A stretch of 64,000 nucleotides of DNA. Origin: the human T2T-CHM13v2.0 reference genome, Homo sapiens. The notes below the pieces were generated by a model. That model was not told the DNA's origin, searched no databases, and worked only from the letters and a program-made list of their open reading frames with translations. The position numbers were made by a program, and so were the translations under genes. Positions 59,890 through 64,000 of this stretch are shown piece by piece; position 1 is the stretch's first letter, and each line of letters begins with the position of its first letter. Location: NCBI RefSeq assembly GCF_009914755.1, contig NC_060944.1. The stretch is one strand, 5' to 3'.

Positions 59890-60075
59890 TCCCTGTGCTA
59901 AGCCCTTTCCATGCTTTGTTTCACTTAATCCTCACAGCAGCCCTTTGACCCAGATGCTATTAATTTTGTCTTCCTGAGGAGGAAACTGAGGCTCAGAGAG
60001 ATTAAGCCACTTGCCCAGGGTCACACAGCTGGTAGGTGGTAGAGCTGGGTTCTATGCCCAGAACTTTTGCCTTTA
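59890..60075 (-). mobile_element. MIR
   Basis: ttaatcctcacagcag...gaggaaactgaggctcagagagattaagccacttgcccagggtcacacagct. Confidence 0.8.
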
Positions 60076-62010
60076 ATTCCTGTTGTATGACCCGAATGAG
60101 TGGGATGAATAGAACTGTCAAAATAGGATGTGTAAAGCCAGTGGAGGATGTAAACTTCAGAGGATGCCACAAATTCAGAAAGAACGCTTCTCATTTTTTA
60201 AATCACTGTGTTCAGTGGGTTTCAGCCATGCCCTTTACCAAGAATAGCCCACAGCTTAGACCATCATTAAAAGGGGTGGGGTGGGAAAGGCAGCAGGAGA
60301 GTAACTGGTCTTCTCAACCCCCTCACAGCAATGACTTCCCAGGAACTGGTGTTTCAGGGTCTCACATCCTAGTAGACCAGGCCCTGGAGTGTTGGAGAAA
60401 GACAGCCAAATTGCCTTTTTGCCTCTTCATTCCTTCTTTAATCCCCCAAATCCTTAAGGAGTCATGACTGTCATATACTGTCCTAAGTCCTCTGGGACCA
60501 CAGAAATGACTCAATCCCATTCAAGAGCCTTTGCTGCAGGAGAAGGAGTGAAACCCATAAATGAATAATCCTAACTTTCAGAAAAAGAGTTAATGTGATT
60601 CTGAGAGACAGGCTTTTACTGTGGAAATGGGGAGGAAGGAGAAACCCTTATATCTCCAGACTACAGAAGAGCCCCCAAGCCTCGGCTTCCTTAGTTAACA
60701 CCCCCAACTTCTGACTCAGTTTGTCAGGACCTGTTTCTAAGCCTGGAGGTTTGGACACCCCCACTGCCCTGCCAGGAGTTTGCTGAGGACCTTGGTTTTA
60801 AGCCTGCAAAAGGTGTGATTAGAGGCATTGTGGCAGGAGCAGCCTGTCTTTAAAAGAGCGAGGAAAGCTAGGCGGTGTCTCCCTGTGTTGAACTGTCTGG
60901 ACGGCTCCAGCTCTGGACTGGTAAAGTGAATAAACGAGCAGATACTAAGGGATCCTTTGTACCTTGCACTTTATGTAACATAGTCATTTAGTTCTCGATA
61001 CAACCCTATTTTGCAGCTAAGGAAACAGACATTTGAAACAGCTGTAATTTGCCCAGGAATGCATGGCTAAAAGGTAGCTCTTAATTGTAGTCTGATGCTA
61101 GGTGTGGAAAATCACTTGGGAGGCATGAATGGAGCCATGTTGTTGGGGAGAAGAAAGGCCTGTTCTGAGCTTAAGGGCAGAATCCTTAGGAAATATTTCC
61201 CTGTTCTTTGCTGTGGGCTTGCACTATGGACGGATACCAAAGAACTGCAGAGAGAACCTTTTACTGAGGAGAGGCCAGTGCAGTGGAAGTCATTTGGTTA
61301 GAACCTGCCCAACAGACAGCTGATCAGGCCTGGCTGGTAGAAAGAACAGAATGTTAACAAATATGGTATGCAGTGTTAGGGAGGCAGAAGAAGGGAGAAT
61401 CCATGGGCCTGCTTCGATTGCTTTCGAGTCATGAGTTGGTGGTGAATGGGACAGGCCTTAAAAAAGTCAGAGATTATGATTCAAAACCAGACAATAATTT
61501 AAAAAATAGATTTCGAGAATGCTACCCTCCAGAAGGGCCCTCAGAGAGAATCTGAGGTTTTATTTACTTGTTTAACGGACAGCAAACTGAAGCCTGGTGG
61601 GGAAAGCAACAAGCCAAAGATGACAGTGTGTTACCCACAGAACCAGACAGCTTGCTGATCTGAATAAGCCTGTAAGACAGGAGTTTAGTGGAGGAATAGA
61701 AGGTGAATGGAGCAGGTTCATAAGAGAGCAAGGCAGTGGATTGATCTGTATTTTTGAGAAACCTCCCAGCATGGAGTTGGGAGTGTTAGCTAGGCCAAGT
61801 CAAGATTTCTAGTACACGGGGCCCAAGTGTCTTTGGAGATGCAAAAGAGTCCATGGTGAGGGGGGCACCAACACTGCAGAAGGAGGAGGGAAGGATAACT
61901 GTTGGATAGGGATCATTTCCCAGTTCTGAGTGGAGTCCAGAGTCCAGAGAGCGTGCTGTAAGGTGGTGTCCTATAAGCTTATCATGTGCTCTTCCCTGTT
62001 TCACCTGTAG

Positions 62011-62178
62011 GTGATTGCAGTGGTCATGGACGTGTTCACAGACATCGACATCTTCAGAGACCTGCAAGAAATATGCAGGAAACAGGGAGTTGCTGTGTAT
62101 ATCCTTCTGGACCAGGCTCTCCTCTCTCAATTTTTGGATATGTGCATGGATCTGAAAGTTCATCCTGAACAGGAAAAG
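62011..62178 (+). CDS. FAM83D: FAM83D exon 2, 168 nt, [56 protein letters not shown]
   Basis: Acceptor ctgtttcacctgtAG and donor AAG|GTTTGT; DUF1669 hallmark IAVVMDxFTD and VYILLD; phase 0-0. Confidence 0.96.
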
Positions 62179-62329
62179 GTTTGTGGTACACTATATCCAG
62201 TTTCACCATAGTCAACAAATATGACCAAGCATCCATTATCTACAAGCTGGCTGGTGGCGGTATCCCTGTTTACAAGGAAGGGACTGAGGCTGTGAGCAAA
62301 GTCATTTGCCTGGTCTTACAGAAAACAAA

Positions 62330-62880
62330 CAGTACCTGTGACCTGGCAATTCTCCTAGGTGTCTACCCAAGAGAAATGAAAATATGGGCCCCCACAAAAA
62401 TTTATGTGTGAGTTTTATAGAAGCATTATTCATAAAGCCAAAGAGTGGAAACAATCCAATGCCAATCAACTGATAAGTGGATAAATGATATGTTGTCTAT
62501 TCATACAATAGCATACTATTCACCTATAAAAAGGAATGAAGTGCTGATACATGCTACAGCATGGATGAACCTGCAAACGTGCTAAGTGAAGGAAACCGGT
62601 CACAAAAGACCACATATGATATGATTCCATTAAGTCAGAATAGGGAAATCTATAGAGACATTGATTAGTGGTTGCCTAGGGCTGGGGAGTTGGGGGAAGG
62701 ACGGGATTATTGCTAAAGGGTACTTTATTTTAGCACTTTCTTTTTAAACTGATGAGAATGTCCTAAAATTGACTAACGGTGATGATGGTTGCATATATCT
62801 GTGGATATACTAAAAACTACAGAATTTGTGTTAATTGTATGATCTGTGAATTAGATCTCAGTTAAGCTCTTTAAAAGAAA
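62330..62880 (+). mobile_element. L1MC/ME-like 3' fragment
   Basis: gcaattctcctaggtgtctacccaagagaaatgaaaa; aaaggaatgaagtgctgatacatgctacagcatggatgaacc; gattagtggttgcctaggg. Confidence 0.85.
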
Positions 62881-63077
62881 TGTTAGGATTCAAGACCTTG
62901 GCCTCTCCCCTGTACTGTCCTGCCTCTTAATAGAGCCTGGACCAGCTCCCTTGTTGAAGGCCTGAAGGCCACCCTGGAAGTTGCTGCTTTTGACAGTAGC
63001 TCCAGGAGGCTGCCCTTTTAATCACAGCAACCAGTATTTTTTGAGCCCCCACTCTGTCTTTGGCACTGCTCCATGCT

Positions 63078-63376
63078 TTTTTTTTTTTTTTTCCTGAGAT
63101 AGAGTCTCACTCTGTTGCCCAGGCTGGAGTACAGTGGCCCAATCTAGGCTCACTGCAACATCCCTCTCCCAGGTTCAAGAGATTATCCTGCCTCAGCCTC
63201 CCAGTTAGCTGGGATTACAGGTGCGTACCACCACACCTGGCTAATTTTTGTATTTTTAGTACAGATGGGGTTTTGCCATGTTGTCCAGGCTGGTCTTGAA
63301 CTCCTACCTCAGATGATCTGCCTGCCTCGGCCTCCCAAAGTGCTGGGATTACAGGCATGAGGCCCCATGCCCAGCC
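63078..63376 (-). mobile_element. AluS (TSD-like tgctc..tgctttt)
   Basis: Antisense dimer. Confidence 0.88.
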
Positions 63377-63673
63377 TGCTCTGTGCTTTTAACAAATGTT
63401 ATGTAACTGAATCCTCAAAGCAGCCCCTATCAGGTAAGTGGCACCTGTGTTTTAGACCAGGAAATAGTGACACAGAGAATCCAAGTGTCCACCACTTCAA
63501 AGTAGTGGGCCTAGGGTCTGCCTCCTTGTATGTCTGCCTCCAACCCCAGTGTCTGTAATCACTATTACATGCTGCTGCTGTTCATTTCTCATTATTGTAA
63601 AATTAGATTTTATGTCTATTTCTCTGATTCTGAAAATGACCTAAGTGTTTCAGTGGAAGCCTATACAACATAG

Positions 63674-64000
<327 letters not shown>

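Overview
Human (primate) genomic DNA, rich in Alu, MIR, L1, L2 and MER repeats, that I recognise as chr20q11.23. It carries two + strand genes in tandem. (1) PPP1R16B (TIMAP, a PP1 regulatory subunit with ankyrin repeats and a C-terminal CAAX). The window starts inside intron 2 and holds nine GT-AG coding exons (conventional exons 3-11, 9723-38715). They splice into one continuous frame from VRYFLKNKVSPDLCNEDGLTALHQ to HGCCRIS-stop, followed by a ~4.35 kb Alu-free 3'UTR ending near 43075. (2) FAM83D (CHICA, DUF1669/SACK1 family). It starts ~3.4 kb downstream in a CpG island with a G2/M-type promoter (4 CCAAT boxes, CHR, TATA); coding exon 1 is 46495-46977, exon 2 is 62011-62178, and the rest lies beyond the window. 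Almost all other ORFs in the supplied track are artefacts of repeats or low-complexity DNA. I see no convincing new gene or novel biological system. The most testable leads are an in-frame PPP1R16B exon 10 to FAM83D exon 2 read-through chimera, an intron-3 CTCF/G4/CpG module, a C/D-box-like duplicated element in intron 10, a possible poison exon in intron 2, and several nested transposon insertions with readable target-site duplications. Repeat boundaries and subfamilies were read by eye and are approximate.
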